From IMG/VR virus record IMGVR_UViG_3300025158_000045, positions 1-34,143 of that record: 34,143 nt of DNA; one strand, written 5' to 3'. The stretch comes from a virus. Taxonomy: Duplodnaviria > Caudoviricetes. A model generated the notes under the pieces. That model worked only from the letters and a program-made list of their open reading frames with translations. It was not told the DNA's origin and ran no database searches. Positions 23,521-32,840 of the stretch are shown piece after piece. The first letter of the stretch is position 1. Each line of letters starts with the position of its first letter. Both the position numbers and the translations under genes were made by a program.

Positions 23521-23955
23521 TCAAATAGGCGTTACAATCACGTTGCCCCAATTTATTGTAACACTAAATGTGTCCAATGTTCGTCTTGCTGGGATAATTG
23601 GCATGTATCTTAATAATGTACCATTTGTTAAAACATAGTTTCTATGCACTGAACTTATCGTAATGTCAGCTTGGATAGTATAAATATCACGCGATAGTAG
23701 TTGTGCATTATAGATAGTTTCAAAAACTTCTATGCTTCGGCTAGAAGCCGGAAAATCAATTGTTTGGTCAATTAAATTAAAGATAAAGCCCGAACTTTTT
23801 TGACCGTCTGCACCCACAATATTTTGAGAAACTTCTATGGAATCCGTCACAAACATTGAATCAGCAGAGTAATTTTCTAACGTTGTAGAAATTCCAAGCG
23901 CAGGTACAAGTACTCTAAAAATACTGTTCGCAGATGTTATATTGTTGTTAAACAT
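23521..23955 (-). CDS. Tail tube protein
   Basis: ITSANS, GADG..S.G motifs; follows the sheath gene. Confidence 0.85.
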   Translation of the reverse strand: MFNNNITSANSIFRVLVPALGISTTLENYSADSMFVTDSIEVSQNIVGADGQKSSGFIFNLIDQTIDFPASSRSIEVFETIYNAQLLSRDIYTIQADITISSVHRNYVLTNGTLLRYMPIIPARRTLDTFSVTINWGNVIVTPI

Positions 23956-23963
23956 TTTATCTC

Positions 23964-25502
23964 CTAAAGGATATCAATTGCATTAATTACCAACATCTGT
24001 ACAGATTGGCCGTCCGTGTACCAGAAGTTAATAATTGGACTTTCTCTATTTTGCTTAGCTTGCGTTCCAGGATCTTTAACTTGTAAGTAATAACCATTTG
24101 TTTCAAGTGCGCGACTAATATCAAGTCCAGCTTGACTGTTAACTGTTGCGATTTCATTTTCACTTAACGTTATTCCACGTCTAATCGTCCCAAAATTGAC
24201 AGCGTCGTTAATCGGAGAGGTTAAAGCTGCGCGTATTGTTGAGTAACCGGCGTCATTATAAGGGACTGATGTTTGCGCATTGTTCCCAGCCAATAGCTCC
24301 ATTCCTGCCGTTTGCAATTGCGCTGCTAAATACACCGCGCCATAGAAGGAATCCATCCATAAAAATTTACCTGACAATTGTCCGTTATATAAAAACGTCC
24401 ATTGATTTGTTGCATTTGCATAACTTCCGTAGAAATTATATCCATTACCCTCTAGGTTATCAGCGGTCGTTTTACTTCCGATTGTTGGAGTCAATCCTGA
24501 TTGCCTTCTAAACGCTGCTGTAGCTCTTCCGTTTGTCAATTGAAAATCAACAGACGCAACGAATGCCTGCTCAAATACTGCCAAGTCTCTTGTTGCGTCT
24601 GTTATATTATAATTTTGTGATGTAATAAAACTAGAATCGCCACCTATCATAAAAGTATTATTGTTTTCTAGTTCTTTAATCAAGAAAGCGGTACAAGTTT
24701 GTGAGTCAGCGTTTAAATAGTCCTGATTAGTGTCCCAGCAAATATAAGAATATTTGCTCAATTCACTAATGGCTGTTGAAAAGTCAATTTTATTTTGCTG
24801 AGTAGGCTCCCATAATGTAACCAATGAAAACCATGCAGTTGTCTCTAACGCTAATCGAGTAACAGCGGATTCAGGTGTATCAACATCGCCGCCATCTGAT
24901 ACAATCGCGCCTGATGTCACAGTTAAATTTAATTCTTCAGCAAGTGGGCTTGGCGCAACATCTGTTGCATACGATAAAGACGCTGCGTCACCAGTCGCCA
25001 CTGTCTGTATTCTAAATGTTTTATTTTCAGAATTCCACGCGACCGTTACAGTTGCTCCAAGTGCTGTTTCTATAATTGTCGCAGCATCACTAAAGCTTAA
25101 TGCCGGAGCTAAGTCAACTGCTCCACTGTTTACAACAAGTCCATTAACAATAATATCAAACTCACCTGAAAACGCCTGCAACTCAATCAATGGGATATTT
25201 AAAGGCGCAGATTGCAAAAAAGCAGGTTTGGGCGTTGTATTATAATTAGCAATCAATAAAGCACCCGGTCTCAAAATTGAACCTTGATAACCGTTAAAAT
25301 AAATTCTATTTGCCAAATCGTATTCTTGGCTCGATACGCCGAAATATTGGCCGACTGACTCAGCCGTTGTAAACGTTAATACACTATTATGCGGCACTAA
25401 AGCGTTTTGACTCATAAATACGCCGTTTAAAACGGGCGCATTCCCTGCGTTTCCTAGCACATCTGAAACGACATTAACTATATTCGATGCTGGTATTGTC
25501 AT
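23964..25502 (-). CDS. Tail sheath protein (DUF3383)
   Basis: IPAS.IV.V, NGRAT.AF, NGYNFYG.YA, SGKF.W.D, PYN..GY, WYTDG.SV. Confidence 0.93.
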   Translation of the reverse strand: MTIPASNIVNVVSDVLGNAGNAPVLNGVFMSQNALVPHNSVLTFTTAESVGQYFGVSSQEYDLANRIYFNGYQGSILRPGALLIANYNTTPKPAFLQSAPLNIPLIELQAFSGEFDIIVNGLVVNSGAVDLAPALSFSDAATIIETALGATVTVAWNSENKTFRIQTVATGDAASLSYATDVAPSPLAEELNLTVTSGAIVSDGGDVDTPESAVTRLALETTAWFSLVTLWEPTQQNKIDFSTAISELSKYSYICWDTNQDYLNADSQTCTAFLIKELENNNTFMIGGDSSFITSQNYNITDATRDLAVFEQAFVASVDFQLTNGRATAAFRRQSGLTPTIGSKTTADNLEGNGYNFYGSYANATNQWTFLYNGQLSGKFLWMDSFYGAVYLAAQLQTAGMELLAGNNAQTSVPYNDAGYSTIRAALTSPINDAVNFGTIRRGITLSENEIATVNSQAGLDISRALETNGYYLQVKDPGTQAKQNRESPIINFWYTDGQSVQMLVINAIDIL

Positions 25503-25509
25503 TTTTTAC

Positions 25510-26022
25510 CTACTCAATTTCTGTATCTACATTTACAAATAAATTCAAATTGAACTCACTTGCGTACTCTTGTGGCAACGTTACGATAGGGTTGTACGCT
25601 AAATGAAAACGTATCGTCCAACGCTGCGCATATTGCCGATTATCTAAAATAAATCCCATTTGCTGTATGTCGTCACAATAAAGTGGCTTTATCCCTTCAG
25701 GAAAATTATCAAAACCATACACACTTCTAATCGCTGATAAAAAAGCTCGAGCATAATCGCCACCATTATTACCGTAAAAATCTATCTGTATAACTATTTC
25801 AGTTAAATTAATGATAGTAATTATTCCATTATCCGGGTCATTAATTAAAGCTGGCGTCTCTATTTCTTTCTGGCTAATTTCATTTAGCGTTATGAATTGC
25901 CCGAGCGGCGAAGGCACTCTATTTGTTTGCGCTCTAACTATTTTTACTCCGTTAACAAATGGCTCTAAATAAGCTGCTACTGAGTCTATTACGTCATCAA
26001 CCGTTATTGAGACTGTAAACAT
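25510..26022 (-). CDS. Tail terminator / neck protein
   Basis: RAQ.NRV, QIDFYG, PLYCD, Y.QRW, YNP motifs. Confidence 0.8.
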   Translation of the reverse strand: MFTVSITVDDVIDSVAAYLEPFVNGVKIVRAQTNRVPSPLGQFITLNEISQKEIETPALINDPDNGIITIINLTEIVIQIDFYGNNGGDYARAFLSAIRSVYGFDNFPEGIKPLYCDDIQQMGFILDNRQYAQRWTIRFHLAYNPIVTLPQEYASEFNLNLFVNVDTEIE

Positions 26023-26372
26023 ATTAAAACCTTAACCCAGTCAGACCAATGCTCTAAAACTTTTACAATTAACCATTCTTCATTTGATATAATTACTAAA
26101 TCACCGCCCTTTATTCTGCTTCTTACCACGCCATCAAGATTTCCGCTTATGTATAAATTTCTGTATACTGATTCTAAATTAAGCCCGTCTTGCTGCTTCA
26201 AAAACTCTTCATCCGCTGCTTGGAGTTGTCCTTTTATTTCAACGTCTGGTAAATAGAGCGGTATTTGCCTCGCGCCATTTCCTTGCGTATATCCGTCTGA
26301 AATTCTAAGAAATATATTTAAGTCTTTATTTATTCCCTGTATTTTACTGTTTGCTATTGTTCTAAGATTCAT
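26004..26372 (-). CDS. Head closure / head-tail connector
   Basis: MNL..IA, GVVR...KGGDL, WLIVKVLE.W.DW. Confidence 0.8.
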   Translation of the reverse strand: MNLRTIANSKIQGINKDLNIFLRISDGYTQGNGARQIPLYLPDVEIKGQLQAADEEFLKQQDGLNLESVYRNLYISGNLDGVVRSRIKGGDLVIISNEEWLIVKVLEHWSDWVKVLICLQSQ

Positions 26373-26814
26373 CTTTCCCAGCTATTTTGTATCTTACTGA
26401 ATTAACCATATTCCCAGTATGGTATAAAGGATTATTAAACCCTTTATAAGCTATTGTCCTTTGAGAATTTGGAGGAGTAGACCAATCTAAAATATTTTTC
26501 CTTATAACAGATTGTACTTTCTCGCCCGTTTCTTTTAGAGCTTTCACAATGTCTGTTTTATTTTCATTAAATGATGCGTTTAGTATACCTTTACTTTCAC
26601 TAAATGATTTCGACATAAACGGTCTTGGAGGTATAGCAATTGGCCCATCGGATAACTCACCTATACCGCCATATTCGTTATGAAACGCAACATTAGTTAC
26701 TGATTCGCCGTCATCATATTTCGGCGCATCCTCATAAAACCCAACTTCAACTGATTTTGATTGCTGTTCATAAATCAATTTTAGTTGTTTGTAAAACCCC
26801 GTTTCTTTTAGCAT
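26362..26814 (-). CDS. Neck / tail completion protein (HK97 gp10-like)
   Basis: VGF, A..NEYG, IPPRPF, PPNS..TI..KGFN.PL..TG.M..SV.Y. Confidence 0.85.
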   Translation of the reverse strand: MLKETGFYKQLKLIYEQQSKSVEVGFYEDAPKYDDGESVTNVAFHNEYGGIGELSDGPIAIPPRPFMSKSFSESKGILNASFNENKTDIVKALKETGEKVQSVIRKNILDWSTPPNSQRTIAYKGFNNPLYHTGNMVNSVRYKIAGKDES

Positions 26815-26815
26815 A

Positions 26816-27226
26816 TTAATAAATCGTTGGACGAGCTAAGTAGTGTATTGTCCGAACTGATGAAGTCGCCTCCCAATAAGCTGCGCCATATTGCGTTTGT
26901 GCGTACCAGCTCGCAGTTCCTGGAACTTTATACTCAAAACCAACTGATACAGTCCCTTCGGTTGCTGAACTTACTCTGCCAACAGGTTGAAGACCAGAGC
27001 TTCCGCCATTGATATCTTCAAGTACGCCCGCTAGTTGCGCTATATGAGCAGTTAACATCCATAACAATATTTTTCTAGTATTTACATTTGGAACAGGACT
27101 TGCATTTGTATTATCAAGATAAATTTCAGCTTGAGAAAAATAATACTCAAGCTGAACATCTGGAACATCTGCAAACTCAGGATAAACCAATTTAAACTGA
27201 GCTGGTACAAATACTACTATTGCCAT
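26816..27226 (-). CDS. Head-tail adaptor (DUF4054)
   Basis: F...YPEF, L.AHIA.L, VGRVSSATEG.VSV, QTQYG..YW. Confidence 0.9.
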   Translation of the reverse strand: MAIVVFVPAQFKLVYPEFADVPDVQLEYYFSQAEIYLDNTNASPVPNVNTRKILLWMLTAHIAQLAGVLEDINGGSSGLQPVGRVSSATEGTVSVGFEYKVPGTASWYAQTQYGAAYWEATSSVRTIHYLARPTIY

Positions 27227-27690
27227 TATAAATTTACGATTAATCGCTCAGTTGTATATCGCTCTTGAGTTAGGTTTTCTATACTTCCTTTTTCATCAAG
27301 TGGCTTACTCATTGGTTCAAAACCAGTTAACAAACCCTTCTTAGTTTGTAAATCTTTAAATTTTGCCAACAGTTCTTTTTTTGAATCAGCCTCAAAAATA
27401 ACGCCATTATTGAAAAGGGCGTAGTTTTCACCGTAAAGATATTTAACTTTATCCCAGAGTTTGCTATCCACTTCTGTGATTCCGACATGATGCCTTTGAA
27501 GGATTGGCGTTCTTTCTGATTTTGGAACGCCACGAAATATAATGTCAAACTCATCGTCTTCATTCGTACCCTTCAATCTCAATCTTTTTTTACTAAAAAC
27601 GGTTTGTTCTTTGGTGTCTTGAATTGGGAAATCTATACCAGACGGTAATAAGCACCCAACAAAAACAGTTGATTTCGTTAACTTTGCCAT
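27226..27690 (-). CDS. Conserved head-module hypothetical protein
   Basis: VGC.LP.G, G.T.VD...W, NG.IF, TGFEP; located after the capsid gene as in Bcep781-like phages. Confidence 0.7.
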   Translation of the reverse strand: MAKLTKSTVFVGCLLPSGIDFPIQDTKEQTVFSKKRLRLKGTNEDDEFDIIFRGVPKSERTPILQRHHVGITEVDSKLWDKVKYLYGENYALFNNGVIFEADSKKELLAKFKDLQTKKGLLTGFEPMSKPLDEKGSIENLTQERYTTERLIVNL

Positions 27691-27692
27691 AA

Positions 27693-28721
27693 TTAAATTC
27701 CCACCATTCTTGATACTAACACAGGGCGATACAACAAATTACCTACAGTGCCTTGAGCGTATTTCTGCATATAGTTTGACAAATTAGGAAAGACAGGAAA
27801 GGTTCTTAATTTTAAATTGTATGCAACTTCTTCGGTCAACGTGCCATCATCCGCATCCGCTTTTAATCGAAGAGTTTGACCTGCAACAGTATCAAGTTCA
27901 GGTGCCACAACAAATCGAACATTAGGGAATTGTTGTTTAAACAGCTCCTCTGCAGTAACCGCCATGAAGGTAGTTGTCTTTTTGATGTATGAGCTTGCAT
28001 AAGGAGACATTGCAAGTGTCATCTTGCTCATTGATGTAACAATACCGTTTGAACGAGTGATTAAATCAGTTGCAAGATTTAATAAGTCATTATAAATTTT
28101 TTGACCATCAGCAGAGGGGTCGCTCCAAGCAAGGCCGCCAATTGGTGGGATTGCAGCAGGCAGCGCAGGATCATTCAAAAGTCCGTAGTTAACAAGGCCA
28201 TCAACTCCGAAAAAGTACGTTAAGTTTTGATAACGATTAAGCGTATTCATCGTGCTTCGTTGTTGCTGAGCAATCCAATCAATGCGAGTCAGCGCCATTC
28301 GTGCCGCTTCTAATTCGCCCCATCGAATATTGGTTTGATAAAGAAAAGGCTGTCGAGACGGAAAGTTAGTGTTTGCTTTTGAGACGCCGTTGTTACTAAA
28401 ATCATCATAGGAAGCGACAGAACCCGTGAATTCTAACACATTAAATGTAATAACATTTTGCGTCCAGTCACCTTTAATTGACTCTTGTCCGGCAACATCT
28501 GCACCACGAAGCGGCGAAAACAAAAAATCAATAACTTTTGGGTCAAAATAATTAGTTAAAAAAGATGGAATAGAAGAGTTAGGAGATGTTCCAAGAGCTG
28601 GCTGAGCATCCATTGCAATTGATTTTTTAACTGCCGATGTTAAAGCGTTATATTTATGTTCATCAAAATATACGCCGACTCTATTTAACGCTTCTTTTAA
28701 TTCGTAGTTTATGTTTGTCAT
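27693..28721 (-). CDS. Major capsid protein (DUF2184)
   Basis: AMDAQP, KGDW, Y.D, YQT...WGELE, YFFGV.GL.NYGLLNDP, YRP....M.G. Confidence 0.93.
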   Translation of the reverse strand: MTNINYELKEALNRVGVYFDEHKYNALTSAVKKSIAMDAQPALGTSPNSSIPSFLTNYFDPKVIDFLFSPLRGADVAGQESIKGDWTQNVITFNVLEFTGSVASYDDFSNNGVSKANTNFPSRQPFLYQTNIRWGELEAARMALTRIDWIAQQQRSTMNTLNRYQNLTYFFGVDGLVNYGLLNDPALPAAIPPIGGLAWSDPSADGQKIYNDLLNLATDLITRSNGIVTSMSKMTLAMSPYASSYIKKTTTFMAVTAEELFKQQFPNVRFVVAPELDTVAGQTLRLKADADDGTLTEEVAYNLKLRTFPVFPNLSNYMQKYAQGTVGNLLYRPVLVSRMVGI

Positions 28722-28734
28722 AATAAAACCTGTT

Positions 28735-29235
28735 TTAAAGTGAAATAATTGTTAATTCGCCAACAGCGGCATCTAAACTAATCGTATAATCAGTTTCAAT
28801 AAATCCTGCAATCGTGGAACCTTCATTGCCTGGTCTCATCGTACCGTCAAGAAGATTTGCAAATGCTTTTTGTCCTCTAACTGCTGCGTCCACTGTTACT
28901 TCAACGTAATAATCGCCCTTAAGATAAGCGTTAGCCATATAACCTTCTGGGATTGTATTGCCGAATTGCGCAAGAAATACAGTTTCAGTACCCTGCATAC
29001 TTCGAGCAATAAATCCGACAGGCTTAACATCTGTTGCAAGGGAACTGTTATTAATCAATTCTCTTTGTGTTAAGTCAGATGGGTCAATCCACGCAAAACG
29101 CGCAATGATTAATCCATCGGTCCCCGCAATAAAGCCAGCTTCCGGAGACATCGCAGAAGTTACTACATTTGTAGATGCAATATCGCCATTTGTAGCTGGT
29201 GCTTGTTGTCTGTTTATAACTGTTTGAAAGCCCAT
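28735..29235 (-). CDS. Capsid decoration / cement protein
   Basis: FQ..IN...A....GD.AS.N; located between the protease and capsid genes. Confidence 0.85.
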   Translation of the reverse strand: MGFQTVINRQQAPATNGDIASTNVVTSAMSPEAGFIAGTDGLIIARFAWIDPSDLTQRELINNSSLATDVKPVGFIARSMQGTETVFLAQFGNTIPEGYMANAYLKGDYYVEVTVDAAVRGQKAFANLLDGTMRPGNEGSTIAGFIETDYTISLDAAVGELTIISL

Positions 29236-29249
29236 TTTTATATCCTCTA

Positions 29250-30416
29250 TTATTGAATCTTAATACGTTTAGTAAAAGGAAGTAACTCTGCAATCTTGTC
29301 TTCATCCATTCCTAAAGCCGAATTATAGATTTTTTCAGGAACAGCGTTGGACTTTATTGCTAATTTACACAGTGCTTCTAAAGCTGATAATTCTTTGATA
29401 TCTGAATGCTTAATGCTTTGAGAATCAAGAGCGAGTCGATACACTTCCTCGGCCTTGTCAACGTTTCTGATATTATCAACAAGAGGGCGAACAACATCTT
29501 TTGCTTTTTCTAATTCTCTAAATTCAGCGCGTAATCTTTTTTCAAAACTATCTAACGCTTTTTTTACGTCTTTTTCCTCTCTGTCATCTTTTTCAACGTC
29601 TCTTTTTTCGTCTTTGTCTTCATCTTCAATGACGCAATGTTTTACTTCTTCGTCTTTTGACGTTTTATCTTCTTTAAGAATTCGCACAATATGCGCGATT
29701 TCCTCATCATCCAAGCCTTTCATTTTCAGTAGATGCACTACATCCGCTTCTCCTGCATCAGTCGCTAGTTTTGCAAGTTCTTCAACTTCTTCTATCGCGT
29801 GCTCTTTCTTTTGCTCTGCTTCTTCATTCATGCTGTGTATCACTCCACTTTTATCATTAAAAATATTATTGTCGGCTACTTTTACGTCTGAACCTGCTCG
29901 CCCTGACTCTACTAAGGCAATATGATTTCCGATTATGTTGGTCATAATTCCGTCATATTGTTGTCCGTCAAATTCGCCGCTTTGCATGACCGGCGTATAT
30001 GCGTAACCAGCAGACAATTGCTTAGCACCACCCAATCCGTTGTCTGCCGCTTCTATGCTTCCTATTCCCTCATCATCCCAAAAAGATAATGAGTTTACAA
30101 GGTAGGGACTTTCAAAACGTGCTTCCGAACCCGTTGTGCCAATAATTAAATCTTTTTTGCTGTCGGATGAGAAAACAGGCTCATGCCGTTTCAATATTTG
30201 AATTCTGTTAAATGTTTTCGCCGCTTTTTCGAGCTCAGATGCGGGACGATACATTTTATAAATCTTGTTTTCATCAAGGCCCAATCTTTCATGGTTCGGA
30301 ATTTCATATCCATAATACGGATTTACAGCCTCTTTGGAAATCCTGCTTTTCTCTAAATGCAATCGACCGTCCATGTCTATGACTCGGTCTGATTTATCGT
30401 AAGCGTATATTGTCAC
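29250..30416 (-). CDS. Prohead protease/scaffold (DUF2213)
   Basis: DGRLH...ISK..VNPYYG.EIP, LS.GY.Y, GNH.ALV..GRAG.DV.V.D; acidic C-terminal scaffold. Confidence 0.92.
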   Translation of the reverse strand: MTIYAYDKSDRVIDMDGRLHLEKSRISKEAVNPYYGYEIPNHERLGLDENKIYKMYRPASELEKAAKTFNRIQILKRHEPVFSSDSKKDLIIGTTGSEARFESPYLVNSLSFWDDEGIGSIEAADNGLGGAKQLSAGYAYTPVMQSGEFDGQQYDGIMTNIIGNHIALVESGRAGSDVKVADNNIFNDKSGVIHSMNEEAEQKKEHAIEEVEELAKLATDAGEADVVHLLKMKGLDDEEIAHIVRILKEDKTSKDEEVKHCVIEDEDKDEKRDVEKDDREEKDVKKALDSFEKRLRAEFRELEKAKDVVRPLVDNIRNVDKAEEVYRLALDSQSIKHSDIKELSALEALCKLAIKSNAVPEKIYNSALGMDEDKIAELLPFTKRIKIQ

Positions 30417-30444
30417 TTTTTAGTCAAAATGATGGGTTTTTTAA

Positions 30445-30474
30445 ATGTTAACACAAAGATACCGCAAAGGTAAA
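30445..30474 (-). promoter_or_regulatory. Candidate internal late promoter upstream of the protease-capsid genes
   Basis: Minus strand TTTACCTTTGCGGTATCTTTGTGTTAACAT; shares TTTGCGG and TTTGTG with the 2066 promoter. Confidence 0.45.
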
Positions 30475-30507
30475 ATTATTTATGAGGTTATATTTGATTT
30501 TTACATA

Positions 30508-31320
30508 CTATAATTTTGGGATGACCCATTCACTTACGCACATGCAGTTTATTTTTTGTCCCGGATAGATGTATTCGCCTTCAATTAACATTCCTTTATC
30601 TATACGGTACTTTTCTCCTGACGCAGCCACATGCTTTGGCCTCGGCACTTTTGCCCTGTTTGTATGCCTCCAAATTGCCTCTTTTATTCCTAGCTCATTT
30701 TGTTTAGCTAAAACTGTTGCTGCGTTTATTTTTGTGATTTGGTCTCGTGCAATCATTTTTGCGCGTCTTCGTGTAATTCCGTAATTTTCTTGCATCTTCT
30801 TGGTGAGCCAGCTTGAATTTTTATCATTAACTATCGCCTCTGTTAACAAACTTTGCACGTTAGCAAAGTATTTTTCCTGTATTGATTTTATGAGTTTTAC
30901 ATTTTCTGAAATTAATACTTTTGTATTTTCGTTTAACTCAGCTTTCCCCACAAAATCAAAACGGATATTCTTTGCTTTTAATTTGTTCGCAATCGTTCTA
31001 TTTGTATGTTCTTGGATTTGAAAAACAACATCTTGCGCCTTTTTTGACGCAAACGATTCAAATTCATTGCTCCACTCTTCTGATAGCTTGCCTAACAGTA
31101 TAAGTAGTGCGATAGACCAATATTTTTTATCATCAGATTGCTGCCTTGCGCTCGTTTCTTGGTGACCATATTCTGGCAAACTTTTGTATGCCTCTATAAG
31201 GCGGGCCTGTGTATCCTTGTTCATTTTAAACGCTTCATAATGCAAGCTTTTTGCGTAATCATCGCGTATGCCCATGTTCGCTCGCACAGGCTTTATTGTA
31301 ACGTCCTTATTATTGTCCAT
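30508..31320 (-). CDS. Minor head morphogenesis protein (phage Mu F / SPP1 gp7-like)
   Basis: RRA..IARDQ..K, W.H...PR..H, PGQ.INC.C. Confidence 0.9.
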   Translation of the reverse strand: MDNNKDVTIKPVRANMGIRDDYAKSLHYEAFKMNKDTQARLIEAYKSLPEYGHQETSARQQSDDKKYWSIALLILLGKLSEEWSNEFESFASKKAQDVVFQIQEHTNRTIANKLKAKNIRFDFVGKAELNENTKVLISENVKLIKSIQEKYFANVQSLLTEAIVNDKNSSWLTKKMQENYGITRRRAKMIARDQITKINAATVLAKQNELGIKEAIWRHTNRAKVPRPKHVAASGEKYRIDKGMLIEGEYIYPGQKINCMCVSEWVIPKL

Positions 31321-32840
31321 TATTCCCTTCCGCTTTCAACTTGCGGCATTTCGCCTGATTCTTCGCTTTCTAATAAATCAAAACTATCTTCCAATTTTTC
31401 TGAAATTCCGTCATAACCCGATTCAATATCATTTGCAAGTGCGTTTCGTATTTCTTCCGAGCTAAACACGCCATCATTAATGTAAATAGAATTTCTTCGA
31501 GCAGTAGACTCGCGGATATCAGCGTCTTCTTTTTTATCCATTTGCCAAAGCGGATTAAACGTAAAATGAATCTCTGGGTCAATCTCGCGGAATTCCGAAA
31601 TCATTATAATATCGATAATCTTTTTTATCGCAGGTCGCCAAAAGGCCTCTTGCTCTGCTGATTTTTTATCATAAAATGCCCTTATTTCGCCGTCTGCTGT
31701 CGCATTAAAGCCCGCTGGGCTTACTCCTAAAAGTTTAACTGCAGGTATACCGGATACAGTACACAAATGCTCTTGCGCTTGAGCTTGTAAATCAGATAAT
31801 CCAGCAAGTGGCACAGCTATTTGTGTTAGCTCCTCGCTCTCTTTATCAATCAACATCAGCCCTTTATTTGATCGATATTTTGTAAAAAAGTCTGCTCGAT
31901 TAAGAAGGCCTTGAGCCTCAACCATATTCCCTTGCAAAATGGATTCTAAATTAGTCTTTAATGCTAAAACGCTAAAATTATTCAGTAAATCAGCAACTGC
32001 TTGGCGTGTTCTTAACCAATTGTCAACGTATGGGAACGCGAGCTGCGACAAGCTAATGCCCGCAAAATTAAAAGCGGGTTTTATAATATCAGGTAGTTTT
32101 CTTGTTATAACGTTTAACAATCTTGTATTATGCACTTCCTGACCCAAAACCCACCAAGATGGAGGGTTGTAAAAATATTTATCACTAGGGTCTGTTGCGT
32201 TATAATAAGAGGGGGTTGACCAAAATGGTTCTACTGCCGTCACGCGCTCTATGGAATTTTTTGGAATTGTTTTACTTGATAAAATTAATGGTGTATCTAA
32301 TTTTTGCCCCTCAATTTTTATCAACAATTGTGCGCGGCCATAAAAATCAACATGTTCGGCCGCGAGTCTGATAACGCTTCTTATATCCAGTTCAAGAAGC
32401 TTCTCTTCGATTATTTTTATTTTTTCTTCTATTTTTTTATTTTTAGTTGTAGAACTGCTTATATCAATCCATTCGCGCGTTAACTCTGTAGCGTTCACAT
32501 CCGCGAATTGCCTATACTCTGGACGAGTCGTTAACATTGCAAGCTGATTAAATCCTGGGAACCCAACGAACCCACCGATGCCCAAACTAACAGTATCAAA
32601 CGTATTTCCTGTATAACACGCATTATCCAACGCAAGAACCGGCGCGCTTTTACCTTTTGGCACGACTCCGTTTAAAATTTCAGGAGGCTTTATTGGCCAG
32701 TCTGGATTTTTAACATCTCGCCCTTTATCTAAAATTTTATTTAACTCATCTATGAGCATTCCCACGTTTACATTATTTAAAGACTTGTTTATTTCAGGCT
32801 CTTTTTTTCCCGTGCTTTTTCTGTTAAAAATGTTCATCAA
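31320..32840 (-). CDS. Portal protein (DUF1073)
   Basis: F.GF..LA.L..RPEY, TREW, YNA.DP, KPAFNF.GIS..QL, GIP.VKLLG.SP.G.NA. Confidence 0.92.
   Translation of the reverse strand: MMNIFNRKSTGKKEPEINKSLNNVNVGMLIDELNKILDKGRDVKNPDWPIKPPEILNGVVPKGKSAPVLALDNACYTGNTFDTVSLGIGGFVGFPGFNQLAMLTTRPEYRQFADVNATELTREWIDISSSTTKNKKIEEKIKIIEEKLLELDIRSVIRLAAEHVDFYGRAQLLIKIEGQKLDTPLILSSKTIPKNSIERVTAVEPFWSTPSYYNATDPSDKYFYNPPSWWVLGQEVHNTRLLNVITRKLPDIIKPAFNFAGISLSQLAFPYVDNWLRTRQAVADLLNNFSVLALKTNLESILQGNMVEAQGLLNRADFFTKYRSNKGLMLIDKESEELTQIAVPLAGLSDLQAQAQEHLCTVSGIPAVKLLGVSPAGFNATADGEIRAFYDKKSAEQEAFWRPAIKKIIDIIMISEFREIDPEIHFTFNPLWQMDKKEDADIRESTARRNSIYINDGVFSSEEIRNALANDIESGYDGISEKLEDSFDLLESEESGEMPQVESGRE

Noticed and set aside
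30508-31320. MuF-fused polymorphic toxin
   Set aside because: The protein ends right after the INCxC motif, with no C-terminal toxin extension or immunity gene.
31320-32840. Anti-CBASS Acb1 annotation sometimes attached to DUF1073 proteins
   Set aside because: Position and motifs indicate a portal; no additional HxT phosphoesterase domain is evident.
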